Assembly: GCA_944326235.1 (NCBI GenBank)
Contig: CALVDH010000009.1
Location: forward strand, 4,795 to 68,794
Direction: 5' to 3'
DNA length: 64,000 nt
Source: an uncultured Bacteroidales bacterium
GTDB lineage: Bacteria; Bacteroidota; Bacteroidia; Bacteroidales; UBA932
The position numbers and the translations under genes were made by a program. The notes beneath the pieces were generated by a model. The model saw only the letters and a list, made by a program, of their open reading frames with translations. It was not told where the DNA came from and did no database searches. Shown here piece after piece: positions 1-9,959 of this stretch (position 1 is the stretch's first letter; every line of letters starts with the position of its first letter).

Positions 1-53
1 ATAAATGAGTGCATTTTTTTCCTACTTTTGCACCTGCAAATTATCGACAAGCT

Positions 54-1826
54 ATGTACAGGACACACACATGCGGCGAGCTTCGCCTTGACAATGCCGG
101 ACAGAAGGTCACTCTGGCCGGATGGGTCCAGAGAGTAAGGAAGATGGGCGGTATGAGCTTCATCGACCTGAGGGACCGTTACGGTATAACACAGGTTGTA
201 ATCGACGAGTCGGCCTCTGCGGAGCTTAATGCTCAGGTGGAGAAACTGGGCCGCGAATACGTAATACAGGTCTCCGGAACAGTTCTGGAGCGTCAGAGCA
301 AGAACTCCAGGATAGACACAGGCGACATAGAGGTGCGCCTTGAGTCCCTCAATGTGCTCAATCCTGCCGTTACGCCTCCCTTTACCATCGAGGATGAGTC
401 CAACGGCGGAGATGACCTCCGTATGAAGTACCGTTACCTCGACCTGCGCCGCAACCCGCTGAAGAATAATCTCATGCTGCGTCACCGGATGGCTCACGAG
501 GTGCGCAACTACCTTGACAGCAAGGGCTTCATGGAGATAGAGACTCCTTACCTGATCAAGTCAACTCCCGAGGGAGCCCGCGACTTCGTGGTGCCTTCAC
601 GCATGAACCCCGGCCAGTTCTATGCCCTGCCCCAGAGCCCCCAGCAGCAGAAGCAGCTCCTCATGGTGGCCGGATACGACCGCTACTTCCAGATCGTGCG
701 CTGTTTCAGGGACGAGGACCTCAGGGCCGACAGGCAGCCGGAGTTCACCCAGATAGACTGCGAGATGTCCTTCGTGGAGCGTGACGACGTGCTGGAAATG
801 TTCGAGGGCATGATCAAGACCCTCTTCCACAACGTGCTCGGCAAGGACTTCACCGAACCTTTTTACAAGATGCCTTATTCCGAGGCCATGGACTCATACG
901 GCTCGGACAAGCCGGATATCCGCTTCGGCATGAAGCTGCACGAGATTACATCCCTGGCCAAGGGACATAACTTCCCTGTCTTCGACTCCGCTGAGTACAT
1001 TGGCGGTATCGCGGTGCCCGGATGTGCCGGTTACTCCCGCAAGCAGACCGACGAGCTGGCCGAGTGGGTAAAGCGTCCCCAGATAGGTGCCAAGGGCCTG
1101 GTCTACATCAAGTGCAATGAGGACGGCACCTTCAAGTCTTCGGCCGACAAGTTCCTCACTCCCGACGACCTGGCCGCTATGGCCGCAGCCGTCGAGGCTC
1201 AGAAGGGCGACCTGATCCTGATTCTCGCCGGTGCCAGGAACAAGATGCGCACTGCTCTCGGCTCCCTGCGTATCGAGATGGGCAACCGTCTCGGCCTGCG
1301 CGACCCGAAGGTATTCGCCCCCCTGTGGGTGGTGGACTTTCCCTTGCTGGAGTGGGACGACGAGACTTCCCGCTTCTACGCCATGCACCATCCTTTCACT
1401 GCGCCCAAGCCCGAGCATCTGGACTGGTTCTACAGTGACAGGAAGGAAGACCTGGAGCGCGTGTGCGCCAATGCCTACGATTTCGTGCTCAACGGCACCG
1501 AGGTGGGCGGCGGCTCCATCCGTATCCACGACTCCAAGATACAGGAGCGTATGTTCGAGGTCCTGGGCTTCAGCCATGAGGACGCTGACTACCGCTTCGG
1601 CTTCCTGATCAATGCCTTCAAGTACGGCGCACCCCCTCACGGAGGCATCGCATTCGGCTTCGACCGTTTCTGCGCCCTCTTCGGCGGACAGGAGAGCATC
1701 CGCGACTTCATCGCATTCCCCAAGAACAATCAGGGCCGCGACATGATGCTCGACGCACCTTCCCGCATCGACCAGGTGCAGATGGACGAGCTCTTCCTGC
1801 AGAGCACCTATAAGGAGGAAAAATAA
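54..1826 (+). CDS. aspS: aspartate--tRNA ligase (class II)
   Basis: ORF 9..1826 trimmed to first ATG at 54 ([11 protein letters not shown]). Class II motifs [26 protein letters not shown] and GIAFGFDR are present. Length of about 590 aa is typical of bacterial AspRS. Confidence 0.96.
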   Translation: MYRTHTCGELRLDNAGQKVTLAGWVQRVRKMGGMSFIDLRDRYGITQVVIDESASAELNAQVEKLGREYVIQVSGTVLERQSKNSRIDTGDIEVRLESLNVLNPAVTPPFTIEDESNGGDDLRMKYRYLDLRRNPLKNNLMLRHRMAHEVRNYLDSKGFMEIETPYLIKSTPEGARDFVVPSRMNPGQFYALPQSPQQQKQLLMVAGYDRYFQIVRCFRDEDLRADRQPEFTQIDCEMSFVERDDVLEMFEGMIKTLFHNVLGKDFTEPFYKMPYSEAMDSYGSDKPDIRFGMKLHEITSLAKGHNFPVFDSAEYIGGIAVPGCAGYSRKQTDELAEWVKRPQIGAKGLVYIKCNEDGTFKSSADKFLTPDDLAAMAAAVEAQKGDLILILAGARNKMRTALGSLRIEMGNRLGLRDPKVFAPLWVVDFPLLEWDDETSRFYAMHHPFTAPKPEHLDWFYSDRKEDLERVCANAYDFVLNGTEVGGGSIRIHDSKIQERMFEVLGFSHEDADYRFGFLINAFKYGAPPHGGIAFGFDRFCALFGGQESIRDFIAFPKNNQGRDMMLDAPSRIDQVQMDELFLQSTYKEEK

Positions 1827-1841
1827 TTAAAAAAGAACAAT

Positions 1842-2297
1842 ATGTCACTTGAACAGCAGATACAGTCCGACATCAAGGCGGCAATGGTCGCCAAGGACAA
1901 GGTGGCTCTCGCGGCCACCCGTGCGGTGAAGGCCGCAATCCTCCTCGCCAAGACCTCCGAGGGGGGAGCCAAGGACAGCCTCGAGGACTCCGAGGTGGTC
2001 AAGATAGTCCAGAAACTCGTGAAACAGCGCAAGGAAAGCGCGGAGATCTACTCCCAGCAGAACCGTCAGGACCTGGCGGACAATGAACTGGCGGAGGCCG
2101 CCGCAATGGAGAAATACCTCCCGGCCGCCCTCTCCGAGACTCAGGTCGAAGAAGCCGTCAAGGCCATTATAGCCGAGACCGGCGCCTCATCCATGGCCGA
2201 CATGGGCAAGGTGATGGGCGTAGCTACCAAGAAGCTCGCCGGCCAGGCCGACGGCCGCCTTATCTCTACCATCGTCAAGAAGCTGCTCGCGCAGTAA
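1842..2297 (+). CDS. GatB/YqeY domain-containing protein
   Basis: 151 aa helical K/A/E-rich protein starting MSLEQQIQSDIKAAM, the typical YqeY pattern. ATG lies 15 nt after the aspS stop. Confidence 0.82.
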   Translation: MSLEQQIQSDIKAAMVAKDKVALAATRAVKAAILLAKTSEGGAKDSLEDSEVVKIVQKLVKQRKESAEIYSQQNRQDLADNELAEAAAMEKYLPAALSETQVEEAVKAIIAETGASSMADMGKVMGVATKKLAGQADGRLISTIVKKLLAQ

Positions 2298-2318
2298 ATT
2301 ATGGTAGATATTAAAATG

Positions 2319-2353
2319 ACGACCGGTCTCCGTTTCAGAGGCCGGTCGTTTTA
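2319..2353. terminator. bidirectional rho-independent terminator candidate
   Basis: Hairpin ACGACCGGTCTC-N7-GAGGCCGGTCGT followed by TTTTA and preceded by AAAAT. It lies between a convergent gene pair. Confidence 0.6.
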
Positions 2354-2373
2354 TGTGATGAGGTTACAATCGG

Positions 2374-3135
2374 TCAGAGCTTCTTGTAGGTGATGGTGCC
2401 GGTGGCCTGGTTGGTGGGCATGACGAGGACTTCGGCGATCTGCATGTACTCGGGGGCGCTGGCGGCGAACCATGCCACTTCGGCGATGTCGGCTCCGGTC
2501 AGGGGGCGGATGCCCTTGTAGACGCTGTCGGCCTTGGCCTTGTCACCGCGGAAGCGCACGACGGAGAAGTTGGTCTCCACGAGGCCGGGCTTGATGTTGG
2601 TGACTCTCAGCGGAGTGTCCACGAGGTCGATGCGGAGGCCGTCGGAGAGGGCTTTTACTGCGGCCTTGGTGGCACAGTACACGCTGCCTCCGGGATAAGC
2701 GGCGTCACCGGCGATGGAGCCGAGGTTGATGATGTGGCCGCGTCCGCGCTCGACCATGCCGGGCACTACGAGGCGGGTCATCGAGAGCAGGCCGCGGATG
2801 TTGGTGTCGAGCATGATGTCCCATTCGTCGAGGTTGCCCTCATGCTCCTTGTCCACGCCGAAGACGAGGCCGGCGTTGTTGATGAGCACGTCGATGTTCT
2901 TCCATTTGCCTTCAAGGGAACCGAGAGCTGCGATGATCTGGTCCCGGTAGCGGACGTCAAAGGGCAGGACGAGGGCGTCGGCTCCCAGTCCGGCCAGCTC
3001 GGCCTTCAGGGCTTCTCCCTTCTCGGGCTTGCGGCAGTTGATGATAATGTCATAGCCGCCTGCTGCGAACTTTTTCGCGCAGGCCTCGCCGATGCCGCTT
3101 GTGGCACCGGTGATAAGTGCGATTTTTCTTTCCAT
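2374..3135 (-). CDS. SDR family NAD(P)-dependent oxidoreductase
   Basis: Motifs TGATSGIGEA (TGxxxGxG), NNAG and YCATKAA (YxxxK). 253 aa. Confidence 0.9.
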   Translation of the reverse strand: MERKIALITGATSGIGEACAKKFAAGGYDIIINCRKPEKGEALKAELAGLGADALVLPFDVRYRDQIIAALGSLEGKWKNIDVLINNAGLVFGVDKEHEGNLDEWDIMLDTNIRGLLSMTRLVVPGMVERGRGHIINLGSIAGDAAYPGGSVYCATKAAVKALSDGLRIDLVDTPLRVTNIKPGLVETNFSVVRFRGDKAKADSVYKGIRPLTGADIAEVAWFAASAPEYMQIAEVLVMPTNQATGTITYKKL

Positions 3136-3155
3136 ATACTTTATGTTGCGTATAG

Positions 3156-4607
3156 TTAGTTTGTAATTGTCTGTTTATCTTCTATTTGCCAGTGGCCTCC
3201 CTTGTCCGGGCCTATGCGGCTGAGGGCTCCGGATGCCTTGAGTATTGTGAGGTCGCGCTGTACTGTCCTTATCGTAGTGGACAGCCGGGATGCTATCTGA
3301 GTCGCGGATATTGTCGGTTCGTGCCGGATAAGTTCAATAATCCTGAGTTGCCTGTCTGTAAGTTTATCTACGACATTATCTACGACATTATCTACGACAT
3401 TATCTACGACATTATCTACGACATCGCTTGTGAAATACAATGTGACGGTTACATAGTCCCGCTCACCCCGTATGACTGTCTTCTGCCCCGTAAGTTGCTG
3501 CCAGCTCAGCAGTTTTTCTATTCCGAAACCGATATTCTCAGCAAGTTTGGCCAGACGGAACAGTTTCGCGATGGTAGGATTGCGTGACGACGAGAACAGA
3601 GTGCCGTACATCCGTTCGGGAGGAATGGGAAACGCGCCGGCATTCATGAATTCAATCCTGTTCGTGAATACATGAACGCATGAGCGAAAAGGACTGAAAT
3701 GGTCCGTATGTATTAGCATATTGACCCAAGCCTCGCGCAGGACCTCGAACTGTCTCCCGTCATCTTCGGCAATACCGAGATTGTTTAGCTTAAACGGTCT
3801 GTCAACTAAAGTCAGCAAACGGCGGATAACGACTTGATAGGATTCCCATAGATTCTCCTGCTCCGGAGCACGGTACGAATAGCGTGTGGCTGCGTCAGAC
3901 ACGGACTTTCCAGGTATTTCTACATAGTCCATGCAGAATGTAGGGACGTAGCGCAGTACTTCCGGTCCTTTTCCGAACATCAGGAGACCTGCGTATGTGA
4001 GCTCTCCATGTTTATTGCTGATGGACAACTGTCTGCAGAAATCAGAGTCACTCAGATTCTCATATGCTGAAAGTTTGTTATATGTTTTCAGGTAATTTCT
4101 ATAACTATGCAGAGAGTTGATGTTGAGCATGTCTAAGTCCGTTTCAGGGACAGTCGTCTCTGAGCGGATTCCGAAAGACTGGTCATGGTACATCGCCATA
4201 ACCTCGCTTTCTGTCGCATGCTGGTCTCCGCTTCCCATCCGGATGAACGTGTTGCCGGGGTTTCCGAAATATACAGGCTTGACAGAAGATGAGGGGATGC
4301 GGAATGTCAGGATTTTCTTGCCGTCAATGTCATATTGTGCTGCGTCAGCCGACAGCCGCGTGTTGAATTTCTGAGAACGGAGTGTGCTGAAAAAATCCTG
4401 CTCCAGTTGTTCGGCATTTTCAACGCCACAGATTTCAAAAATTTTTCCTTTTTGCTTGATTCCGAGAATAATCCATCCGCCCGAGGTGTTCGAAAACGCA
4501 CTGACCGTCTCCCAGATATTTTTGGGCAGTCCGCTCTTTGCTTCTTTCACCTCGAAGTCATCCCATTCGATGTCCCTGAGCCTGTGGATTAATTCTTCCT
4601 TAGTCAT
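3156..4607 (-). CDS. COG2865-type regulator (AlbA_2/Schlafen-like N-domain, ATPase-like core, C-terminal winged helix)
   Basis: N-terminus DFEVKEAKSGLPKNIWETVSAFSNTSGGWIILGI and C-terminal HTH LTDRQLRIIELIRHEPTISATQIASRLSTTIRTVQRDL. Sampled line is about 40% GC, lower than the flanks. Confidence 0.75.
   Translation of the reverse strand: MTKEELIHRLRDIEWDDFEVKEAKSGLPKNIWETVSAFSNTSGGWIILGIKQKGKIFEICGVENAEQLEQDFFSTLRSQKFNTRLSADAAQYDIDGKKILTFRIPSSSVKPVYFGNPGNTFIRMGSGDQHATESEVMAMYHDQSFGIRSETTVPETDLDMLNINSLHSYRNYLKTYNKLSAYENLSDSDFCRQLSISNKHGELTYAGLLMFGKGPEVLRYVPTFCMDYVEIPGKSVSDAATRYSYRAPEQENLWESYQVVIRRLLTLVDRPFKLNNLGIAEDDGRQFEVLREAWVNMLIHTDHFSPFRSCVHVFTNRIEFMNAGAFPIPPERMYGTLFSSSRNPTIAKLFRLAKLAENIGFGIEKLLSWQQLTGQKTVIRGERDYVTVTLYFTSDVVDNVVDNVVDNVVDNVVDKLTDRQLRIIELIRHEPTISATQIASRLSTTIRTVQRDLTILKASGALSRIGPDKGGHWQIEDKQTITN
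3366..3425. repeat. 12-bp tandem repeat x5 (ATCTACGACATT) inside the CDS, encoding (VVDN)n on the minus strand
   Basis: Read directly. Four perfect copies plus a fifth with the last base changed. Anchored on the + shadow ORF residues IYDI x5 starting at 3366. Confidence 0.95.
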
Positions 4608-4614
4608 GCATTTA

Positions 4615-5841
4615 TTATTTAAGTGGTGCTATCATGAGTATGATATTGTCATTCTCGGTCAGGCCGTCTAGGATGGAGGATATCCTGGTGCGGGCGGCTT
4701 CGCTGAGACTGCCGTCGGTCAGGGCCTTGGCTCCGGCTTCCTGGAATGTCAGGGCGTCATAGCTGTTTGCGAGGTAACCGTATGAGAATCGGAAATTATT
4801 GTCGTTCCATGTCATGATGTCGTCCACGATGTTGCGCAGGGATACTTCCTCTGTTCGCCGGTCCATGACCACGTTGGGCAGATACTCATATTCGATGAAG
4901 AATTCCGCGCCTCTGCTGGTCACACCTGCCGACCTGGATATCCGGAGGACAGCGTAATCGGGGAGGAGAATGGGGCTGCGGAAGAGCGTGCCATCACTGA
5001 GATCCAGATGTCCAGGCTCGGTGATATCTTCGAACTGGACAGTAAGAATGGGCTTGATCTCCCGGTTCTCCAACACGTACAATGTGTCCTGCGCGGTGTT
5101 GTTGCTCTCGAAGCACAGGTCCATGGAGCCGGGGATGTTGTAACCTGTCTGTATGGTCAGGAAGACATTCTCTTCCATAGTGTAGGTCTTGGGGATTTCC
5201 CACAGGATGTTGCCCTCCATGTCCTGGCACCATGCGGCTGCGGGGCATTTGTCCTTAAAGGGCAGCGGTACGACTGTAATAGTGCTGGAAAGGCTGTCAA
5301 CTAAGAAGTTGAAGCCGTTGTTGGTATTGTTGTCGGCCTTGTAGGGCAGCTTGATGTCCGCAACGAGTCTGCCGGTGGAGATATCGTAACCGTAGATATT
5401 GTTCCTGTCTATGGTGCTGATCCATACCTTTCCGCCGGCTTCGTCCAGTTGTGCCGAGGATATGCTGTTGTACTCCCCAGGACCGCGTCCGATGCCGCCG
5501 ATGTCCCGTAGATATTTACCCGTGGCACGGTCGAAGAGTTTGAATGGAGTCTCGCTGTTCTTGCGGTAAACGCCTATGTAGTGGTCGGAGATGGTGAACT
5601 GTCCGCCGGTAACCAGAGCCTCAGGCCGGCTTTCCAGGGCTATGAACTCCGGCTCGCCGACCCACTCCGATATGAGGATGTCCTCTCCCTGTTTCAGGTC
5701 GGCATAGTTGACGGAGACGAGTCCTTCCGGGTTGCGGTGAGAGGTGCTTTTCGGACCGCATGACACGGCGCCCAGCAGGACAGCCGCTGACAGCAGGACG
5801 GCACTGGAGCAACGTGCTGCGTTAATCAGTAAAGTTTTCAT
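4615..5841 (-). CDS. 6-bladed beta-propeller family lipoprotein (paralog 1)
   Basis: Signal peptide with lipobox GAVSC. Shares motifs with ORF 56313..57533: GLVSVxY, QGED, GRGPGE, DEAGGKxW, CPAxAWCQDxEGNxLWEIPKTY, MDRRT, LMIAPL. The family name is recalled, not searched. Confidence 0.7.
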   Translation of the reverse strand: MKTLLINAARCSSAVLLSAAVLLGAVSCGPKSTSHRNPEGLVSVNYADLKQGEDILISEWVGEPEFIALESRPEALVTGGQFTISDHYIGVYRKNSETPFKLFDRATGKYLRDIGGIGRGPGEYNSISSAQLDEAGGKVWISTIDRNNIYGYDISTGRLVADIKLPYKADNNTNNGFNFLVDSLSSTITVVPLPFKDKCPAAAWCQDMEGNILWEIPKTYTMEENVFLTIQTGYNIPGSMDLCFESNNTAQDTLYVLENREIKPILTVQFEDITEPGHLDLSDGTLFRSPILLPDYAVLRISRSAGVTSRGAEFFIEYEYLPNVVMDRRTEEVSLRNIVDDIMTWNDNNFRFSYGYLANSYDALTFQEAGAKALTDGSLSEAARTRISSILDGLTENDNIILMIAPLK

Positions 5842-5912
5842 GTGTTAATGTGTTAATGTCTCTCAAAGTTAGCAAACTTTTTCCATTTCATATTCTTGTT
5901 ACAGTTTTGTAA

Positions 5913-5942
5913 TACTTTTGTAACATAACAGCCATACTTTTG
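5913..5942 (+). promoter_or_regulatory. two tandem -7 boxes (TACTTTTG) upstream of the PiT gene
   Basis: TAnnTTTG matches at 5913..5920 and 5935..5942. The second ends 22 nt before the ATG at 5965. Confidence 0.45.
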
Positions 5943-5964
5943 CAACCGAAATTTATACACAGTT

Positions 5965-8235
5965 ATGGAGTTTTTGTATATAGGAATCATCATTTTCCTT
6001 TTCTGCCTCGCCATTTCGGACATTATTGTCGGCGTGAGCAACGACGCTGTAAACTTTCTCAACTCCGCGGTAGGTTCCAAGACCGCCAAGTTCCGCAACC
6101 TAATCATCATCGCCTCCATCGGAGTCTTCCTCGGGGCGTCCCTGTCCAACGGTATGATGGACATCGCCCGCCACGGTATCTTCCAGCCGCAGTATTTCTC
6201 GTTTGCGGAGATTGTAACTATCTGCCTGGCTGTAATGGTGACCGACGTGATACTCCTCGACGCATTCAACTCCAGGGGCCTGCCCACCTCGACCACAGTA
6301 TCCCTCGTCTTCGAGCTGCTCGGAGGTACGGTGGCCCTTGCCATGATCAAGAATATCCAGACCGACGGGGCCCTGACATTCGCCCAGATGATCAATACAG
6401 ACAAGGCTCTCTCGGTGATACTCGGTATCTTCCTCTCGATAGCCATAGCATTTGTCTTCGGTATGGTGATACAGTGGATAGTCCGTACGATATTTACATT
6501 CAACTATAAGCCCAGGATGAAATACCTGGCCGGAGTTTTCGGCGGCATAGCCGTGACCGCCATCGTGTACTTCCTGCTGATCAAGGGTCTGAAGGACTCC
6601 TCCTTCATGACCGCCGAGGCCAATGCCTGGATTAAGGAGCACACCGGCATGCTGGTGCTCTGCCTCTTCGTCGGCAGCAGCGTCATCATGCAGATACTGC
6701 ACTGGTGCAAGGTCAATATCCTGAAGATCATCGTGCTGATGGGTACTCTCTCCCTCGCCATGGCCTTCGCCGGCAACGACCTGGTGAACTTCGTCGGCGT
6801 GCCTCTCGCAGGATTCTCCGCATGGCAGGACTACTCCGCCAACGGAATGGGCGTGGGTGCCGACAACTACCTGATGGGCAGCCTTCTCGAACCTGCCCAC
6901 ACCCCGATGATATTCCTGATACTCTCCGGAGCCACCATGGTATTTGCCCTGGCTACCTCCCGGAAGGCCCGCAACGTGATTAACACCGAGGTCAACCTGA
7001 CCAACCAGAACGAGTCCGAGGCCTCCTTCGGCACCTCCGCCACCGGCCGCCGCCTCGTGCAGATAGCCAATTCCTTCGCCACATGGCTGGAGAAGGTGAC
7101 TCCCCTGAGAGTCCGCAACTGGATTGACAGCCGTTTCAACAAGGACGAGGCCATCCTCGTCAAGGGTGCCGCCTTCGACCAGATGAGGGCCGCCGTCAAC
7201 CTGGTGGTATCCTCCCTCCTGATTGCCCTCGGCACCTCCCTCAAGCTGCCCCTCTCCACCACCTTCGTAACATTTACCGTGGCCATGGGTACCTCCCTGA
7301 TGGACCGCGCCTGGGACCGCGAGAGCGCCGTAGGCAGGGTGACCGGCATGATGTCCGTGATGGGCGGCTGGCTGCTGACAGCGGTGATAGCCTTTGCAGT
7401 CTGCTTCGCGATAGCCCTCGTGATGCACTACGGCAGCTTCGTAGCCATGATACTCCTCAGCATCGTCGCCATGGTCATCATCATCCGCAGCAATATCAAG
7501 TTCAATAAGAAAGCCCACGAGAAGGAGAAGAACAAGACCGTCTTCGACCAGATGATGTCCTCCAACGACCCCGACGAGGTATGGAGCCTGCTCAAGAACC
7601 AGGTAAAGGACAGTACGGTCAAGGAACTGGACTATGTCTCCAACTACTACTCCAACTTCATCGACTGCTTCGTCAGCGAGAACCTCAAGTGCCTGCGCCG
7701 TCATTACAGCACCATGCACGCCGAGATAGACGGCTACAAGTCCGTCCGCCGCAAGGAGATTCTGGCCCTCAAGCGCACCGACCCGACAGTGTCCGTGCAG
7801 GCCAGCACCTGGTTCCACCTCGAGGCCAACAACACCTCCCAGCTCCTGTACAGCCTCAAGCGTATGTCCGAGCCTTGCAAGGAGCACCTGGAGAACAACT
7901 TCAACCCCCTGCCCAAGGACTGCGCCGAGGAGTTCGCTCCCGCCAGCGAGGCCTTCCTCGTCCTGCTCAACAAGACCCGCGCCTACGTGGACGACTTCAA
8001 CCCCGCGGCCGAGCAGCAGTCCAAGGAGCTGATCAAGGACATCTCCGCCTACAAGAAGGAAGTGGCCGTGCTGCGCAAGAACAACCTCGAGCGCTTCAAC
8101 TCCGAGTCCGACACCTCCAACTTCAACATCTACATCCTCTATCAGACCATCCTGCAGGAGACCCAGCAGATGGCCGACAACCTGAAGCACCTGATCCGCG
8201 CCTACACCTACCTCTCCACTGTGAAGGGTAAGTAA
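5965..8235 (+). CDS. inorganic phosphate transporter (PiT/PHO4 family) with long C-terminal soluble extension
   Basis: Polytopic N-terminal ~520 aa with GSNDAVN-like motifs (GVSNDAVNFL and FAGNDLVNFVG). The hydrophilic C-terminal ~230 aa are helical. Confidence 0.82.
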   Translation: MEFLYIGIIIFLFCLAISDIIVGVSNDAVNFLNSAVGSKTAKFRNLIIIASIGVFLGASLSNGMMDIARHGIFQPQYFSFAEIVTICLAVMVTDVILLDAFNSRGLPTSTTVSLVFELLGGTVALAMIKNIQTDGALTFAQMINTDKALSVILGIFLSIAIAFVFGMVIQWIVRTIFTFNYKPRMKYLAGVFGGIAVTAIVYFLLIKGLKDSSFMTAEANAWIKEHTGMLVLCLFVGSSVIMQILHWCKVNILKIIVLMGTLSLAMAFAGNDLVNFVGVPLAGFSAWQDYSANGMGVGADNYLMGSLLEPAHTPMIFLILSGATMVFALATSRKARNVINTEVNLTNQNESEASFGTSATGRRLVQIANSFATWLEKVTPLRVRNWIDSRFNKDEAILVKGAAFDQMRAAVNLVVSSLLIALGTSLKLPLSTTFVTFTVAMGTSLMDRAWDRESAVGRVTGMMSVMGGWLLTAVIAFAVCFAIALVMHYGSFVAMILLSIVAMVIIIRSNIKFNKKAHEKEKNKTVFDQMMSSNDPDEVWSLLKNQVKDSTVKELDYVSNYYSNFIDCFVSENLKCLRRHYSTMHAEIDGYKSVRRKEILALKRTDPTVSVQASTWFHLEANNTSQLLYSLKRMSEPCKEHLENNFNPLPKDCAEEFAPASEAFLVLLNKTRAYVDDFNPAAEQQSKELIKDISAYKKEVAVLRKNNLERFNSESDTSNFNIYILYQTILQETQQMADNLKHLIRAYTYLSTVKGK

Positions 8236-8253
8236 AATATACTATATTTGCGT

Positions 8254-8979
8254 ATGCAAAGAATTCTTATAGTCGATGACGAGGAGTCCATCTGTGAGAT
8301 TCTCCAGTTCAATCTGGAGGTTGAGGGCTACGAGGTAGAAGTAGCCTACAGCGCGGAAGAGGCTCTCGGCAAGGACATTAAAAGTTTTTCCCTCATCCTG
8401 TTGGACATCATGATGGGCGGGATGAGCGGATTCAAGATGGCTCAGATGCTCAAGAAGGATCCGGCCACGGCGTCTATCCCCATTATCTTCTGCACAGCCA
8501 AGGATACTGAGGACAATAAGATAGCCGGCCTTACCCTCGGAGCCGACGACTACATCTCCAAGCCGTTCTCAGTCAGGGAGGTGGTCGCAAGGGTCAAGAG
8601 CGTACTCCGCCGCTGTGCCCCCCAGGCGCAGCAGTCTCCGTTGAAGCCTCAGTCCGATGTCCCGGTGTCCCGCACGGAAATGAGCGGAGACAGCATCACG
8701 TACAACGGCCTGCGCCTGGACCTGCTCAAGCACAAGTGCTATATCGACGGGCAGGAAGTACAGCTGACCAAGAAGGAAATGGAGATAATGATCCTCTTCC
8801 TGCGCAACTCCGGCCGTGTCCTCTCCCGCGAGGAGATTCTGCACAATGTCTGGAGCGACGAGGTGGTGGTCCTGGACCGCACTATTGACGTCAATATCAC
8901 CCGCCTGCGCAAGAAGATAGGCGAGTACGGCAGATATATCGTCACCCGCCAGGGCTACGGCTACGGCTTCGACGTATAG
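8254..8979 (+). CDS. OmpR-family response regulator
   Basis: The track ORF starts at TTG 8248, so I use ATG 8254 (MQRILIVDDEE). Receiver Asp in LILLDIMMGG. C-terminal winged helix (VDVNITRLRKKI). Confidence 0.9.
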   Translation: MQRILIVDDEESICEILQFNLEVEGYEVEVAYSAEEALGKDIKSFSLILLDIMMGGMSGFKMAQMLKKDPATASIPIIFCTAKDTEDNKIAGLTLGADDYISKPFSVREVVARVKSVLRRCAPQAQQSPLKPQSDVPVSRTEMSGDSITYNGLRLDLLKHKCYIDGQEVQLTKKEMEIMILFLRNSGRVLSREEILHNVWSDEVVVLDRTIDVNITRLRKKIGEYGRYIVTRQGYGYGFDV

Positions 8980-8984
8980 AGTGT

Positions 8985-9950
8985 ATGGAAGTTATGCTCA
9001 AGGAGATAATACATAGGAAGGAACTGCTCTCCAGACTCGAGGAGTTCGTCTACATGGCCGAGAAGGGCAACCCTCTCGACGACTCTTTTCCGCCATTTCC
9101 CGAAAGCAGGTACGGCCGTCTGCTCAACCGCCTGGTGAACACCTACCGCCGTGACATGAACGACCGCGACACACTCTCCGCCGCCCGCGAGATGGTGGCC
9201 CGCGAGTCCCAGGACAATATCCGTCAGAAGAAGCAGCTCACCCAGAACATCAGCCACGAGCTCAAGACCCCCGTCAGCAGCATCAACGGCTACCTGGAAA
9301 CCCTCGTCAACAACCCTAATATGAGTCCCCAGCAGCGGGACATATTCCTCCGCAAGTGCTACGAGCAGTCCCAGCGGCTCTCCAGCCTCCTGCTTGACCT
9401 CTCGACCATCACCCGAATGGACGAGGCCGGAGACAAGATCGAGAAGGAACGTATCTCCCTCTCAGGCGTGGTGGCGGAGGCTGTCTCCGACATGGAACCC
9501 ATCGCCGGCAAATTCGACGGCAAGGACAGCCCCATGGCCAAGATAGGCCCTGAGGACAGGGGGACAATGCATATAATCAACGATTTCCCTGAAGGGAAGG
9601 AGATCCTGGGCAATCATTCCCTCCTCTACTCCATCTTCCGCAATCTTCTCGAGAACGCGATTTTCTACTCCAAGGGCACGAAAGTAACGGTAAGGCTCCT
9701 GGAGGAAAATGACCGGGAATACAGGATATCCATCGAGGACGACGGAGTGGGGATAGACAGCATGCACCTGCCCCGCATCTTCGAGCGGTTCTACCGCATA
9801 GACAAGGGCCGCAGCCGCAAGATAGGCGGCACGGGTCTGGGGCTCTCCATAGTCCGGAACGCGGTATGTCTCCACGGCGGCACTATAAAGGCCGTCCCCG
9901 TCACTCCCTCCGGCCTGCGCTTCGAGTTCACCCTCGCCAAGGAATCATAG
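8985..9950 (+). CDS. histidine kinase (no obvious TM segment)
   Basis: H-box SHELKTPVSSI plus HATPase motifs NLLENAIFYS, DDGVGID and GGTGLGLSIV. Starts 5 nt after the response regulator stop. Confidence 0.88.
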   Translation: MEVMLKEIIHRKELLSRLEEFVYMAEKGNPLDDSFPPFPESRYGRLLNRLVNTYRRDMNDRDTLSAAREMVARESQDNIRQKKQLTQNISHELKTPVSSINGYLETLVNNPNMSPQQRDIFLRKCYEQSQRLSSLLLDLSTITRMDEAGDKIEKERISLSGVVAEAVSDMEPIAGKFDGKDSPMAKIGPEDRGTMHIINDFPEGKEILGNHSLLYSIFRNLLENAIFYSKGTKVTVRLLEENDREYRISIEDDGVGIDSMHLPRIFERFYRIDKGRSRKIGGTGLGLSIVRNAVCLHGGTIKAVPVTPSGLRFEFTLAKES

Positions 9951-9959
9951 AAAGGACAG

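Noticed and set aside
9-53. N-terminal extensions in the ORF track: aspS from 9, response regulator from 8248, rnhB to 10565, XRE to 10961, sigma-54 activator from 30896, Fur to 54803, DUF2284 to 55943, nitroreductase from 57783 and the ATPase from 59601.
   Set aside because: In several cases the first codon is TTG, checked at 8248, 10565, 30896, 55943 and 59601. In the others the extension is hydrophobic or low-complexity and runs across the promoter box or the upstream gene. The first in-frame ATG restores the canonical family N-terminus.
6100-8190. Very long ORFs antisense to recognised genes: 6100..8190 (-), 11774..13618 (+), 15901..17418 (+), 17703..19151 (-), 42461..44479 (+), 44788..45846 and 45928..46977 (+), 47974..49692 (+), 53001..54077 (+) and 61493..63625 (+).
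   Set aside because: Each one fully shadows a gene with clear family motifs on the other strand. Their translations are low-complexity G/V/A/H/E/L-rich strings with no motifs. They occur only over high-GC genes, which is the expected stop-codon depletion artefact.
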